A stretch of DNA of 64,000 nt from Azolla caroliniana (Eukaryota > Plantae > Polypodiophyta). The DNA lies in assembly GCA_043228905.1 (NCBI GenBank), contig JBHGNT010000001.1:16740001-16804000 (forward strand), written 5' to 3'. A model generated the notes under the pieces. It ran no database searches. It had not been told where the DNA came from and saw only the letters and a program-made list of their open reading frames with translations. This document shows positions 19,209-33,320 of the stretch, piece by piece. The position numbers and the translations under genes were made by a program. Each line of letters opens with the position of its first letter. Positions within the stretch are counted from its first letter, which is position 1.

Positions 19209-21977
19209 TTTATTCATGGTATCAGAGCGCGAGGGTTGAGAACCTCTGCTGCCGACAAATTTTTTTTATAGAGGAACCCTAACTTCCGGAAAAGCAGAGA
19301 CCAAAACGATAAGAAATGGACAAAGGGATGGCAAGCTTGCTTCCGACGGAGAAACTTGACAGAAATAACTACGCATCTTGGTCATTCAAGATGCACCTGT
19401 ATCTACTTGGACACGGATTCTGGAGTTATGTCGAAGGAGCAAACGAGGTAGCGCCAGAGCTGACACACAAGGACTTCCCGGCATGGGAGCAAGGAGTGAG
19501 CAAAGTGTTGTACTATCTCGTATCCTATGTGCATGACTAGATGCTTCGCTACATCAAGGATGTCAAAAAGCTTAAAGAAGCTTGGGAGAATCTGAAGAAG
19601 AATTCCGTGGAGAGAACAACGGCCCTGAAAGAGCTCAACAATATCCGACAGCGGGATATGTCGGTTACGAACTACACCACCAAAATAAAGGAGATCAACG
19701 TGATAGTGGACACAGACGAAATGATCAAGATCTACCTCAATGGTCTACAACAACGGTATGGGCCAATCCAGACAACGATTTGCACCTGGGAGAAACCACC
19801 TTCGTTCTTCGACCTGCAATTAATGCTGATGGTCAAAGAAAACCACGCGAGTGGGTCGAGGACCACCCAATCCGACGGTCGGATGTTGTACATGGCGGTG
19901 GATCGGCCCCGCGGGCGTGGAGGACGAGGTGGGTTGGCATGCGATAATGTCGGTCGCAAAGAGCAGAACCAGAGGCACAGAAATAGTGCCAACAACAGTT
20001 CTGGATCCTCCACAAGTAGGGGGAGTCAAAGTGGCGCCGGAAACCGACAAGAAAGCCCACCGAGAGAGCGAGTGTTGGAAGAAGCGCGCCGATTCAGATA
20101 GATCTGGATCCGACAAGGCCAGACAAGGGAACAAGCAAATCTTGTACTACGTGGAAGGATCCGAAACCACGAAGGCTGGAAAAGGGCCATCCTTTGTGAT
20201 GAATCACAAGGCGAACTTGATGAAGAAGACCATTTCCACATCGTCAAAGGATCCAAAACCAGGAAGGCTGGAAAAGGGCCATCCTTTGTGATGAATCACA
20301 AGGTGAACTCAATGAAGAAGACCATTTCCACATTGAAGGAAGTGTAGTACATTGACACCGTAGTGTCGAACCACATGACGAGTCACGAAGAGTGGTTCTC
20401 GTTTTTGGAAAAGCCAGAGCAACCAAGAGTTGACGAAATTGGTGACGACACTCCTCACCCGATCCAGCACGTCGGAGAAGTTCCCTTGAGTCATGTCGGA
20501 CAAAAGGGAATGTTAACAAATGTTTTACATGTTCTGACCATCACGAAGAACTTGGTGTCGGTCGGACAAATCGTCGACCAAGGGATGCAAGTGTGGTTTA
20601 TGCACCTCGACTGATTCATCGAGGAAGAGGGCCAGATCATCACGCAAGGGCCCCGGGACGGGAGGATGTTTATCCTCGACACCAATGATGTCGGCACTGC
20701 TTTATTTTCCAAAGGACAAAAAGTCGAGTCAGACATCGACTTATGGCATAAGAGAATCGGCCATTTCAACTATCAGAGGCTTGAAGACCTGCAATCAAAA
20801 CAGGTTGTTTTTGGATTGCCAATATTTAGTGGGCGGAATGCCCAAATTTGTGAAGCTTTCCAGCTTGAGAAGCAACGATGACTTCCATTCCCCACTGAAA
20901 GAAACCGGAGCCATAACAAGCTTGACTTGATAGATTCAGATGTATGGGGACCGACATAGAATGTTAGTCTTGGAAGGAGCCAATATTTCATCTCCTTCAT
21001 CGAGGACTACAGTTGGCACACGTGGATCTATCTCATCAAGAAGAAAAGTGAAGTCTTGGACTGTTTCCAGAACCTACAAAGCCTTGTCGAACAGGAAACA
21101 GAGAGAATGATCAACTGCCTGTGGTCAGATGGTGGAAAAGAGTAGTTTTTTGGCCAATTTAGCAGTTATCTGCAGTAGAAGGGAATTCGGAGGGAATTTC
21201 GTTGTTGATACACGCTGGAACAGAATGGCATGGCCGAAAGGAAGAACCGGTCAATTGTGGAGGTAGCAACGTCGATGCTTGAGGAGAAAAACATGCCCAA
21301 GTTCTATTGTGTTGAGGTGGTCCGGACGGCCGTCTACATCCAAAACTAGTCGGGGATGAGGTACACAAGCTATATTTTAGGCGAAAGCCGAATTTAAGGC
21401 ACCTTAAGGTATTCGGTAGCATAGCCTATGCGCATGTACCAGATGACAAGCAGAGAAAGTTGGACCCAAAATCGGAGAAGTGCATATCGGTCGACTACTC
21501 TCATGAGCAAAAGGGGTACAAGTGCTAGAACCCTCGGACTAAGCAAGTATGAGTAAGCCGAGATGTCAAATTTGAGGAGTCGACATCATGGTACTCTCTA
21601 CTGACTCTGACCCCTAACTCTAATCAATTCCGGAAGATGAGGCCAATAAGCCCGAAACAATCCGGGCAGAAGAGGAGCCTGAAACAATTCTGATCTCATT
21701 TCGGTTGAGCGGGCCGAAAGAGCGACTGAGTTGAAATGACCAGTCAGATGAAAAGCCAGGGAGTGGTGTAGACTCAGTCATGCTCTCCCTGCACAAGGAA
21801 CTGAGGAGATGGTTCAACACAGTAGAGAAGGGGAAGAAGAAGATGCTAGAATACGACACCAGTAGAGACGAGTCATATCGGAGCGAATCGGACTCTGAAA
21901 AGAACGAAGACGGACCTTCAAAAGAGAATTCTGAGTTGGCGAAGAGGGCCTTGAAATCGGCTTACGAGAAGTTACAA
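19209..21977 (+). mobile_element. Degenerate Ale-like copia F (last 8 bp of LTR, PBS 19217-19228, gag-PR-INT), truncated by gypsy G
   Basis: TGGTATCAGAGC; MDKGMASLLPTEKLDRNNY gag; many stops; ~92-bp internal tandem duplication at ~20155-20335. Confidence 0.88.
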
Positions 21978-24900
21978 TGTCGTGCCTTTTGGCTCCGGAT
22001 CGTTTCTTGAGTCGGGTGGGAACCGCCAAGGTTTTGGAGTAGGAGGAGGAGAATTGAAAGGGAGATAAGAATATGAGATTGGAAGTGAAAGAAATAGACA
22101 CCTCGTGAATCCCTCGAGTGTACTATATTAGATTAATCAATCCTTAGAATCCTAATAGTATAATGGAATAGATAGTAGAAAAATCATGAAATACATGTGT
22201 GTAATGTAATGTATTAGATCAATATTGAAACCTAAAATATCATCAAATCCTTACAATTGTTTTTCCCCGTCCTTATATAGTGATGGGGCAGATAAAATAT
22301 TACAATCGGACGTGGTCGGCAAAAGAGTTTCGAGCTCTTTACACCCACACTCACACAAACACTAGCGAGCCTCCGATCAGGAGCATATAGGCTACTCGTG
22401 TGAAACGGAGGCGTCATAGCACAACGAAAGGAAATTGGAAAACAGAGAATGGGAAGGAAGCCAAGAGAGCTCCGTCCGGCAGCACTTCGTTCTCCAATCG
22501 ATGGATGCCTTCTTAGTCTTCTCTCCCCCTCCTTTTATAGTTCAAGGAGGGAGAGATCGTTACATCAACTGTTAAGACAACCGCTTTTTGTCCTTAATCC
22601 TCTCCTTGATTTTCTCACATCATACCTTTTCATTCCTGTGTTTCTGTGGGATATTAAAGTACCCATCAAAATCACACTCTCTAGTACTTAGTCGTTCACA
22701 CACATCCGGCTTCGTTTTCTTGCTCTGGCCGGAATCCTTCACGACAACCACACCCACCAAACCACACATCCTCTAGCATGTGCCAAGTAGTGAAGTGGTA
22801 TGGATTCTGTCTCAGTCTTCACTCGTCCTCTTTCGAACCGTCGCCAACCCGGTCTTCATCCAGCTCCTCACTCTCACCCGCACTTTCGGCCACTTCCTCC
22901 TGATTCAGTTTGGCTTCATGTCACTTCTTGAAGGCTTTTATCCTCTTTTTTGCAACTGGTATCACTATCCTTGTCTCATCGAGCTCCGGAAGGTGGTATG
23001 TCACATTGTCATTGGCACTTGTCACCACGTACGGTGCAAACCACTATCGTGTGAACTTTCTGGTCAATCGGTGTTGGTTGTCAAGGCTAATGTCGTAAAC
23101 CAGCACCCAATGGCCTTCTTCGATCTTCTTCAGCTAGAGTCAATGTGTCCAGTCGAACTACTCTTTGTTCCTTTCCCGCGCTGCCTCTAGCTTTGCCTTA
23201 GCTCATTCTACATCCGTTGGTCGCTGCTCAAGTTGTCGGACCTATGCCGCTAGCAACTCCTCCTGGTTCAGTCGATCGACATCCGCGAGGCTATCATCCA
23301 CTCCACCGACTTGATCGGCTTTTGTCCGAACATGAGTTCAGATGGCAAGTATCCGGTCACCGAACTGTGTGTAGTTCGGTCGGCGCATAGTGCATATGGA
23401 AGAAGCCTCGGCCAGTTTCCAACTTGTCTGTCACATGCCCGTACAATGGCCTTCCCAATCAGCCCATGCCCGCATTCCACCTTCCCGTTTTCCTCCGGAG
23501 TGTATGTCATTGTGAGGGAAAGTGGACCCCTTCTCAGTCGAATAGCTCCTCCACTTCTTGCACATCCAGTTCCCCTTGATCGGCTACTATCTTCCCTACG
23601 CACCTGTACCAACAAATCACATCTTTGATCACGAATCGGCATACGATTGTGGTCTTTTTGTTTGTCAACGCTCGGCCCTCAACATGGTTCATCAGGTCCT
23701 CTTGCGCAAGGACCAAGTACCACATTTGCCCTACCCCCATTGACATTTCACTAAATGGACCATGCACTTGAAGTGAATGGTTGGCAGCTACGTCGGGTGC
23801 GACTCTTCCCAGTACCAGATCATCAAATGCTTCTAGCAGCTCTCACACATTGACACGAAGTGTTGCACATATTTGTACATCCCTGGCCACCAGTACTTCT
23901 CTTTCAGCCTTTCGAACGTTGCCCACATGCCCCGGTGTCATGGAATTCCGACATGAGCACCAACTGTTCCTCCTCCTTTTTCACCACTTGGAGTGGTGTG
24001 CTGATCCGCTTCTTCGGATGTCGCCAGATCTTCTCATATCGTAGGAAGAACCGGTAAGACTTTTTTTGAATCCGACCCACTTCCTCTTTTGTCCTCGTCG
24101 TGTCCAGTCCCATCGTGCTCAGGAACCACCCAATTAGAAGTCACTCCCTATCGTAGTCATTCTCGATGAACTCACTAAGAGCCGGAGTGCTTCGTCCATT
24201 CATCGACATTCGAACCGAATCGAAGAAATCCATGCCAACTTGTCCATCCTCATTGTTGTATCATGCTCTCGATAACATGTTGTCCATGGTGTTACCTTTT
24301 CCGGAAATGTGACATATCACTAGATTTAGGGACTTGATGTTGGCGATCCACCTCAACATCGCCAGGTCGGGAGTCACGCTTCCAAAAACCATACCGAGAA
24401 TCGGTAGGCGGTAGGTCTCGATTACTACTTCAACCCCGATCAAGTAGTCTTTGTCGGCCTTGACCGCCGAAACGATACCCCAAAGCTCACTCTTAACTTG
24501 GGCGTATCCTCGCTACCACTTGCCGAACACCTTCACAACGACCTGGATGGGTAACCGCATGCCGGCCTCGTCCTCTTGATTGATCACCCATCCAATTCCG
24601 GTCGGACTCGTGTCGACAGTCATGTAAACTGGAGTGTCTGCCTTGTATATCGCTTTCCAAAGAGCCGTTGTCGTTGCCAGCTCCTCCTTTAGTCTCCGAA
24701 CCGCCTCCATGTGCTCTTTGCTCCACTGGAATTTTCCACCTTTCTTCAGCAAGCCATAGAGTAGGTCGGCGATATGCGCATAGTGTGGGATCCATATGTG
24801 GTAGAAGGCGCACACTCCCAGGAATCGTCGGACTTCCGTGACCGACTTGCACTCTTCCTTCATTGCCAAGATGGCCTCACCTTCGCCGGAGATGGTTTCC

Positions 24901-26277
24901 GGCCGTATGGTTCGCATTGGTGTCTGACCACCAGTATCTTTGATTGTCCGAATGTTGGCTTCTCCCTAGAGAAGGTAAGCTAAGCGCCCTCAAGCCTTTG
25001 CAGTATCTTCTCACAATTGGAGATGTGGTCTGCGATAAACTTTTGACATCCGTCCGCTCCAACCGATTTGTTTTTTGCGTCCTTCGGACATCCCTTGATC
25101 AGGATGTCATCTAGAAACAACATCGTGATGTCCGAGATGCAGTCCCTTAGTACCTTGTTCATCGCATTCACCATGTGCGCCACCGTGTGACTACCTCCTT
25201 GGGGTAGGCTACACATCCAAACTAAGCCTAGAGGGGTCTGCATTGTCGTGATGTCCTTGCTTTCGACATCTATTTGGAATTGCTCATACCCTGAATATAG
25301 ATCTCTGACTGAGTAGATCAACCTTTAGGTGAAGGCCTGCGCAAACTCGTCAATTTTCGGCCCGACCCCTGCATTCCAAATGGTCAATTTGTTGACCGGC
25401 TGCAAGTCCTGGATTAAGTGCAGTGTGCCGTTGTTCTTCGTCACCATAAACCACTGATTCGAATAAGGGCCACTCGACGATTCGAGAATCCCCATCTCCA
25501 ATTTCTCCTAGAGAAGCTCCATGGGCTTTGGGATGTCAGCTCTCGGCACCGAAATCGGCTTCAGATTCCATGGTACATGCGGCCGGCCTTGGATGGTGCC
25601 TTTACCACGTCAGTCGGAGTCGTGGCCGACTTGAGCCGCCTTCTCGTTTCTTCCGACTTAGTTGGAATCTCTTCCAGCTTCTTCCTGATCGGCGGGCCGA
25701 CCATCGATGACCCCTCGTCGTTCCATTCCCGCTGCTTGGCGAAGTGGCTGTAAACTCTTTTGAACCCAACCCAGTGAACCATGAGCCCTTCATCAGTCTC
25801 CAAGAGGAGACCCACCTTTTCTTGATCAAGCTCATCAACCGACTTGAGAAACAACAGGAATTTGCTTGTATCAAGCACAGTCCAGTCCAATGCCAAAAGG
25901 CGCACAAACCATTTTTCGAACTCCTGGAGGAGCACCGAGGTATTCCTCCCCTTTCCGGTACTCTCAACCCATTCCATGAACTCCCATTTTGAGAACCAGA
26001 GAGAGTTGTCGAAACCATACCTCTCGAGGAGCCACCCCTCTAACTCCGACCAATTCCGACAATCGGCTTGGATCTCGAGCGCCTCCACGTGGATGCTCGG
26101 CATCACAACCCGCGGAAATCCGGACAACCATCTGTCCTTCGAGATATCCCTCATTATCATTTCAGTTCAGTAGGCCTCTAGATAGCTTGTCACGTCCTTC
26201 CCGTTAAATCGGACTATCATGCCTACTATCGTCTCTATGGCCCTGTCTAGGCCACCTACGCTCTCCTACGCATTTAC
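21978..26277 (-). mobile_element. Degenerate Phygy-like gypsy G: gag fragment, RT, RNaseH, integrase, PPT and 3' LTR (21978-22746)
   Basis: LTR termini TGTCGTG/CACGACA; RT FLDD motif (24980-25321); homologous to element B ORFs; gag-to-RT deletion near 25560. Confidence 0.88.
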
Positions 26278-28030
26278 TGTGCGGAAATAACGCTCAGCCA
26301 CAACCGAGTCTTCAACAAGGAATGGAAGAGAACAAACTAAAACAAAGATGATAGAGGATGTTAACGTAGAAAACCCTAAATGAAAAAAAACCACGGGAGC
26401 CCACAGACTCCAACTATCACTATCAGGGGAGGAATACAATGTGAGACGCAAAGGCAACAACCTCGAGCTCTATGTCTTCGCCAAATCGGCGGTTACAATA
26501 GAAAACTAGTTTTGTATTTCTCTCTCTCTCACTCTCTGTGTACAATAGCATATGACAACATCTCTATAAAGTGATTGCCCTAAGTCATATTTATACTTAT
26601 ATAACTTTAGGGCTATTTACAAATATAGCCTCGATGGGCTCACCATAAAACATATTTACACATATGTCCTTGGATCCGGTTTACACCGGATCCATCCAAA
26701 TTCACTCGATCCGGTTTCTGGGTCTCATCTGGAACCCTTCCGGATCCGGTTCCTTCATCCGGCTTGTCCGATCTGACTCCTCCGATTCTCATTTGGATCC
26801 TATTCGGAGGGACCGAATTCCCAACAAGCTCCCCCTTCACTCCGGCATGGGATTTCTCGTTAATCTGATATGTTTCCGGCACGTTTCCAGTTTGTCAGCT
26901 GACAGCACCTTGGTCAACATATCTAATTTGTTCTCCTTCGTGCAAATCTTTGTCAACACGAAGTCTTGATCTTCTACTCTCTCCCGGATCTAGTGATACC
27001 TCCGCTGGATGTGCTCCATCTGGGAATGGTACGCCGCATTCTTCGCAAGGTGGATGGCACTTTGACTATCGCAGTAGAGCCGGAATTCCTCCTACTAGAT
27101 CCCTACCTCTCCAATGAAGTTCTCCATCCAGATTATCTCCTTGCCGGCTTCCACAGTTGCCATGTACTCTGCTTCTATTGTAGACAGTGTAACGGACTTC
27201 TGCAGCCTCGACTGCCATGATACAGCCTCCCCTGCATACGTCATGACATATCCGGATGTAGATCGATTGGTATCTGCATCAGCCGACATATCCGAATACG
27301 TGAATCCGTCAAGTTGGGGTTTACCAAAGCCAAAACGGAGGCACATACTTGAGGTGCCTTTCAGATACCAGAGTATCTACTTGACCGCATTCCAGTGCTC
27401 TCTTCTCTAATTTCTCATGAATTGGCTGACTACTCCGACAACATATGCAATATCCAGTCGGGTGCACACCATTGCGTACATTAAGTTTCCGACAACAAAG
27501 GCATATGGTATCTTCTTCATATCCAACTTATCTGCCTTTGTCTTCGGGCTTTGCTTTCCAAACAACTTGCAATTTGCCAGAAATGTTGATCCAACTGGTT
27601 TTGCCTCTAACATGTTGAACCAATGAAGCACCTTTGTCACGTACTTCTCCTACGACAACCACAACAACTTCTTCAACCGGTCCTAGATGATGTGCATCCC
27701 CAAAATCTGTCTTGCCGGACACAAGGTTTTCATTGAGAAGGTCCGGCTGAGGGCCTTCTTCAGCATTCGTATCTTGACTTGGTCTTGTCCGACGATCAAC
27801 ATATCGTCCACATAAAGCAGGAGTATCAGGGAGTCACCTCCGTCAAATTTCTTCACAAACGCGTAGTGGTCCGCTTGCGTCTTGTGGTACCATTTGTCGG
27901 TCATGAAGGAGTCGAACTTCCGTAACCATTGTCAGGGGCCTTGCTTCAATGCATATAATCTCTTCTTTAGCTGGCATACCAGGTGCTCCTTCCCTTTCCT
28001 CACAAATCCTTCTAGTTGATGCATGTAGAT
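26278..28030 (-). mobile_element. Tork/Tnt1-like copia remnant 1: RT-RNaseH end, PPT and 3' LTR (26278-26826)
   Basis: YVDDML and SWQSRLQ motifs; GAAGGGGGAG PPT; homologous to 40135-45537. Confidence 0.88.
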
Positions 28031-28080
28031 CAAATCATCGATGAAGGCATGCAGAGTACGATTCAATCACCTGACGAAAA

Positions 28081-31000
28081 TATGCGGAATAGTACTCGGC
28101 CACAACCGAATCTTCAATCACTTAATGATAATCAAACATAGAAAAAATGGGAAATGGAAGTAAGTACACAAACAGAAGAGAGTGCACATGATGTTAATGT
28201 GGAAAACCCTAAATGGGAAAAAAACCACAGGAGCTCACAAACTCCAACTATCACTATGTAAGGAGAATACAACAGGGAGCACAAAGGCAACGACCTTGTG
28301 CTCACAATCTTCGCCTGGCGGCAGTTACAACAGAGCTTCACTCTGTTTGTCTTTCTCTCTCTCTCTCTCTCTTTCCCTCTGCTACGCTCTGTACAGCAGT
28401 TACACCAATAACTCTATACAAAATGACTACGACTCAAAAATTGTTTACCAACTGTTTGCCCTAGGTCATTTATACTAATATGACTTTCGGGCTATTTACA
28501 AATATAGCCCCAGTGGGCTCTCTAGAACATATATACATATATGTCCCTTCATCCGGTGAGAGGTTCTCACCGGGCCTACATCATCGGGTTCTCACGGGGT
28601 CTTCCTTGTCAGGTACTCATATCCCATCCGGAGGGACCGAAATCCTAACAAACTCCCCCTTCACTCCGGCATGGGATGCCTTGTCAGTCCGATCCGCTTC
28701 CGGCATGCGTCCAGCTTGTCGAGTGTTAGCACCTTGGTCAGCATATCTGACCCGTTCTCCTCTGTGTGGATTTTCGTCAGCACAAACTCCCAATCTTCTA
28801 CTCGCTCCCGGATCCAGTGGTACCTACGTTGGATGTGCTTTATCCTGGAATGATATTCCGCGTTCTTCGCAAGGTGGATGGCACTTTGACTATCACAGTA
28901 GAGCCGGTATTCCTCTTGCCGAATCCCTAGCTCTTCGATGAAGTCCTTCATCCATAGTATTTCCTTGTCGGTTTCCACAACTGCCATCTACTCCGCCTCC
29001 ATGGTTGACAACGCAACTGTCTTCTACAGCCTCGACTACCATGAAACAACTCCCCCTACATATGTCATGACATATCCGGATGTTGATCAGCTGGTATCCG
29101 CATCAGCCAACATATCCGAATCTGTGAAACCATCAAGTTGGGGTTTATCGGAGCCGAATCGGAGGCACATACTTGAGGTGCCTTTCAAGTACCGGAGTAT
29201 CCATTTTACCGCATTCCAGTGCTCCTTGCCGGGATTGCTCATAAACCAGATCACCACTCCGACTGTGTATTTGATATCCGGTCGGGTACACACCATTGCG
29301 TACGTTAAGCTCCCGACGATAGAGGCATATGGTATCTTCATCATATCCACCTTCTCTACCTTCTTCTTTGGGCTTTGCTTACCAAATAACCTGCAGTTTG
29401 CCAGGAGTGTCGATCCGACCGGTTTCGCATCTAACATGTTGAACCGCTGAAGCACCTTTGTCACGTACTTCTCCTGTGACAGCCACAATTGCTTCTTTGA
29501 CCGGTCCCGGATGATGTGCATCCCTAGTATCTGTGTTGCCAGACCCAAATCTTTCATTGAGAAGGTCTGGTTCAGAGCCTTCTTCAACATCCGTATCTTG
29601 ACTTGGTCTCGTCCGACGATCAACATGTCGTCCACGTACAGGAGGAGTATCAAGAAGTCTCCTCCGTCGAATTTCTTCACAAATACGCAGTGATCGGCCT
29701 GCGTCTTGTGGTACCCTTGATCGGTCATGAAGGAGTCAAACTTCCGGTACCATTGTTGGGGAGCTTGCTTCAGTCCATATAAGCTCTTCTTCAATCGGAA
29801 AACTAGGTGCTCCTTCCCTTTCTTCACAAATCCTTCCGGTTGCTACATGTAGATCTCTTCTTCGAGGTCGTCGTGAAGGAACGTCGTCTTCACGTCTAGT
29901 TGCTCTACCTCGAGGCCCATGCTTGCCGCTCTACTCAGCACCGTTCGGATGGAAGTCATCTTCACTACCGGGGCAAATATCTCATCGAAGTCCACTCCCT
30001 TCTTCCGTTGGAACCCCTTCACCACGATCCTGGCTTTGTACCTTGGGGGGTTACCGGCATCTCCTGGTTTCAACTTGTACACCCACTTATTTCGGAGTGC
30101 CCGCTTTCCTTTAGGCAACTCCACCAGTTCATACGTGTGGTTCTCATGCAGGGAATCCATCTCGTCCTGCATGGCACTCAACCACTTGCGGTTGTGGGTG
30201 TCCTCCTTTGCTTCTTCGAAGCTTTTCGGCTCCCTGTCATCGGTTAGCAGCACGCGCTCTACATCCGGAAATCTTTGGGGGCCCCTTCTCTCTCGGTGAG
30301 GATATCTGCGTCCTTGGTTTTCGGCAATTAGATCCTCTTTTTGTTCTTCATCCGAATCCGATTCGGGGTCTTGGCCGGTTCCGGTTTCTGCTTCCTCTTC
30401 TTCTTCGGTCGGTTTGGTTTCCTCTCCGTAACCGGCCGGTTCATCTAGTGTTAACCGGCTCCTTGACGGTTGGGTTTGCCTCTCATCAAATCGATCTTTG
30501 CCAGTCGACTCGAAGTTCATTATCTTCTTCTCCAACTCCCTGTCGGCAAGGGTCTTGTCCTCCATGAAGATAATATCTCGACTTCAGAAAACCTTCTTGT
30601 CGACCAGATCCCACACTTGGTAGTCGACCAGGACGGGACTTTGGATCCAACTTTGCTCTCTGGTCCTTTGCAACATGCACGTAAGCGAGACACCCGAACA
30701 CCTTTACATGCCGGTAAGACACTTCCTTACCGATCCACACTCTCTGCAGCCTGTCTCTGTCCAAGGGCACTGAGGGTGATCTATTTATCACGTATGTCGT
30801 TATCAACAACGCATCAGCCCAAAACGTCTTGGGCAGCTTAGCATGTGTTAGCATACTCCAAACCCTCTCCATTATAGTCCGGTTCATCCTCTCGGCCAGC
30901 CCATTTAGTTCTGGCGTCTTCGGCACAGTAAATTCGAGTCGGATTCCCTTCGAGCGGCAGTACTCCTCGAACTGGCCCCGGTATTCTCCTCCTTTATCTG

Positions 31001-32444
31001 CTCGAACCACCTTCAGCTTTCGGCCGGTTTCTCTTTCCACTCTCGCGTGGAGCTCCTTGAAGACGGATAACATATGAGCCTTCGTCTTCAACGGTGTCGC
31101 CCACATCTTCCGGCTATGGTATGCACCAACTCTAGTGGTGCATTACGTCTCATCGGTGGCCTTGAGCGGAAGGAGGTTCGGTTTTGCTTACCGGCCAGGC
31201 AGTCGGTGCACTTCTCAAGATGCACGTCTTTCACCAGAATGAGGTTGTCATCGGCAAGCCTCTTCATCCCCTTCTCGCTCATGTGACACAATCTCTTGTG
31301 CCACAGCTCACCGGTAGTGTCGGATGCAACATTCACTTCTTCTGGGCATAACCAGGCATTCATCAGGTACAGTGTGTTGACTTTCCAGGCCTGAGCCACT
31401 ATTAGGGTCCCTTTGCTGAACTTCATGACTCCGTTCCGAATGCTACCCACACAGCCTTCATCATCTAGTCGATCGGTTGATATCAAGTTTAGTCGAACCT
31501 CCGGAACGTGTCGGACATCCTTCAGTAGCAACTTGCATCCGGTTGGTGTTGTCAGCCACACGTCTCCTATGCCGACAATTCAACATGTACCTTCATTCCC
31601 CATCCGGACACAGCTGGGCTCACCGACTGTGTAGGATGAGAAGCATTTTAGGTCCGGGGTCAGGTGGAACGATGCTCCGGAATCAACAACCCACATTGTC
31701 TCATCGTCGACAAGGTTCAGCTCACTCTCTTCGGTGATGAGCATCAACTCCTCTTCACTTGCCACGATTGTCGTCGTTCCCTTCCGGTCCGGCCCGCTCC
31801 AGTCTTTATCGTTCCGGTCCGGTGATTGCTTCGAATCAGTGTTGTCGGTTTCCTTGTCTTTCCGGAAATGCCGACATTTGTTCTGGAAGTGCCCCGGCTT
31901 GCCGCAATAGAAGCAAGTGGGCCTCCCCCTTGACTTTGACCGTGTCCCCGACTTTTCCCGGTTCTGGTGACTCCGGTTCCTTTGTCTTCCGCGTTCCGAT
32001 TTGGTAAGGAGCGCTTTGGAGTTGGAGCTTGTATCCTTGTCTTTCTGACACGCCTCCTCATCTAGCAAGCTCGACTTGACTCTTGCTAGGGATAGATGCT
32101 TCCCTTCTAGCCCGGCGTTGCCCAAAGTGATAACCAACATCTCCCAGTTATCCGGGAGGGAACCGAGTAGGAGTAGTGCTAGTACCTCATCGGTGAGAGT
32201 TACTTCCAATGATGTTTCCTAGTGAATCAGCTCCTGGAAGGCATTCATGTGCTCCGCCATACTAGAGCCATCTTGGTACCGGAGCCTCACTAGCTTCCGA
32301 AATACTGAAACCCGATTTACAGCAGTTTTGTTCTGAAACATAATGTCAATCTTCTCCTAGAGCTCATGAGCCTTACTCTCCTCATTGAAGTTGTTGTACA
32401 GGCTCATGTCGATGAAGCACCGGATGTAAGCCGTTGTCTTCATG
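28081..32444 (-). mobile_element. Tork/Tnt1-like copia remnant 2: near-complete degenerate gag-pol, PPT and 3' LTR (~28081-28650)
   Basis: CFYCGKPGH knuckle, WVVDSGAS protease, integrase, YVDD RT and RNaseH; stops and frameshifts; 5' end lost at 32445. Confidence 0.9.
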
Positions 32445-33320
32445 TGTTACGGGCATGACCATATAATATCCCGTGGTAAGAATTTACCGTAGTATTCTAT
32501 ACACGTGGATAAGTGTGAGGGTTAAACGAGAGTGTAAAGAAGGGGAGGATTACTTTTAATCCTCGGGATTGAGACAACCCATTAGGTCAAGTGTGAACTT
32601 GCCTGGGGGCTTGGGTATCGCTATAAATAAGAGGCCTAGCTACCCTCATTGGAGGATCTTTTGACTACATCGAGACTTTGCTCGTGTGGTGGGTCAACTC
32701 TTGTAGCGAGCGCGCCAGCACCAGGTACGACTCGACGCCACGGCGGTGGTATGGGATGCCGATCGAGGCTCGAGTCCATCTCGATCCCTTCGCTCGGGGG
32801 TGGTCGGGTGGATCGGCACCCTTCTTTCTCTTTCTCCTTTCTATCTATCATTACTTTATCCTTATCTTAAGCTTACTTTAGTATTTAGATCTATAATATT
32901 TGGTATCAGATTTACATACTAATGTTTCTTTGTTTTTCATTTGTCTTTTGATTGATGCTAATCGATCGATGTGTGGTCGGCCTTGATCCAGACAACGATC
33001 AACAAAGAACTTCGGTAACTCTTTCCATAATTTTTCTTTCTATTCTCTCTTCTCCCATCTAATCATGTGTTTAGTTTATATGTAATTTTTTTCATTAAGT
33101 CAATGATGTTGTAGTGGTCTTTAATTGATTATCTAAAACGTTTACATATGTGCACGAGGTCAATACCTCGTTTGACATATTAATAATATGTGATGAGTGA
33201 CGTATGCGTACGAGGTTAATACCTCAATTACGTATTACGTTCACGAACATATGTTACGTTTGCGTATGAGTTGTTGATTTGTTGTAAACGATATGCGGTT
33301 GGTCTCGTATGCGTAAGAGG
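32445..33320 (+). mobile_element. Orphan 5' LTR (~32445-32898) with PBS TGGTATCAGA (32901-32910) and AT-rich leader, from an unidentified LTR element
   Basis: Starts TGTTAC, contains CTATAAATA and is followed by a tRNA-iMet PBS; no partner LTR in the window. Confidence 0.6.
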
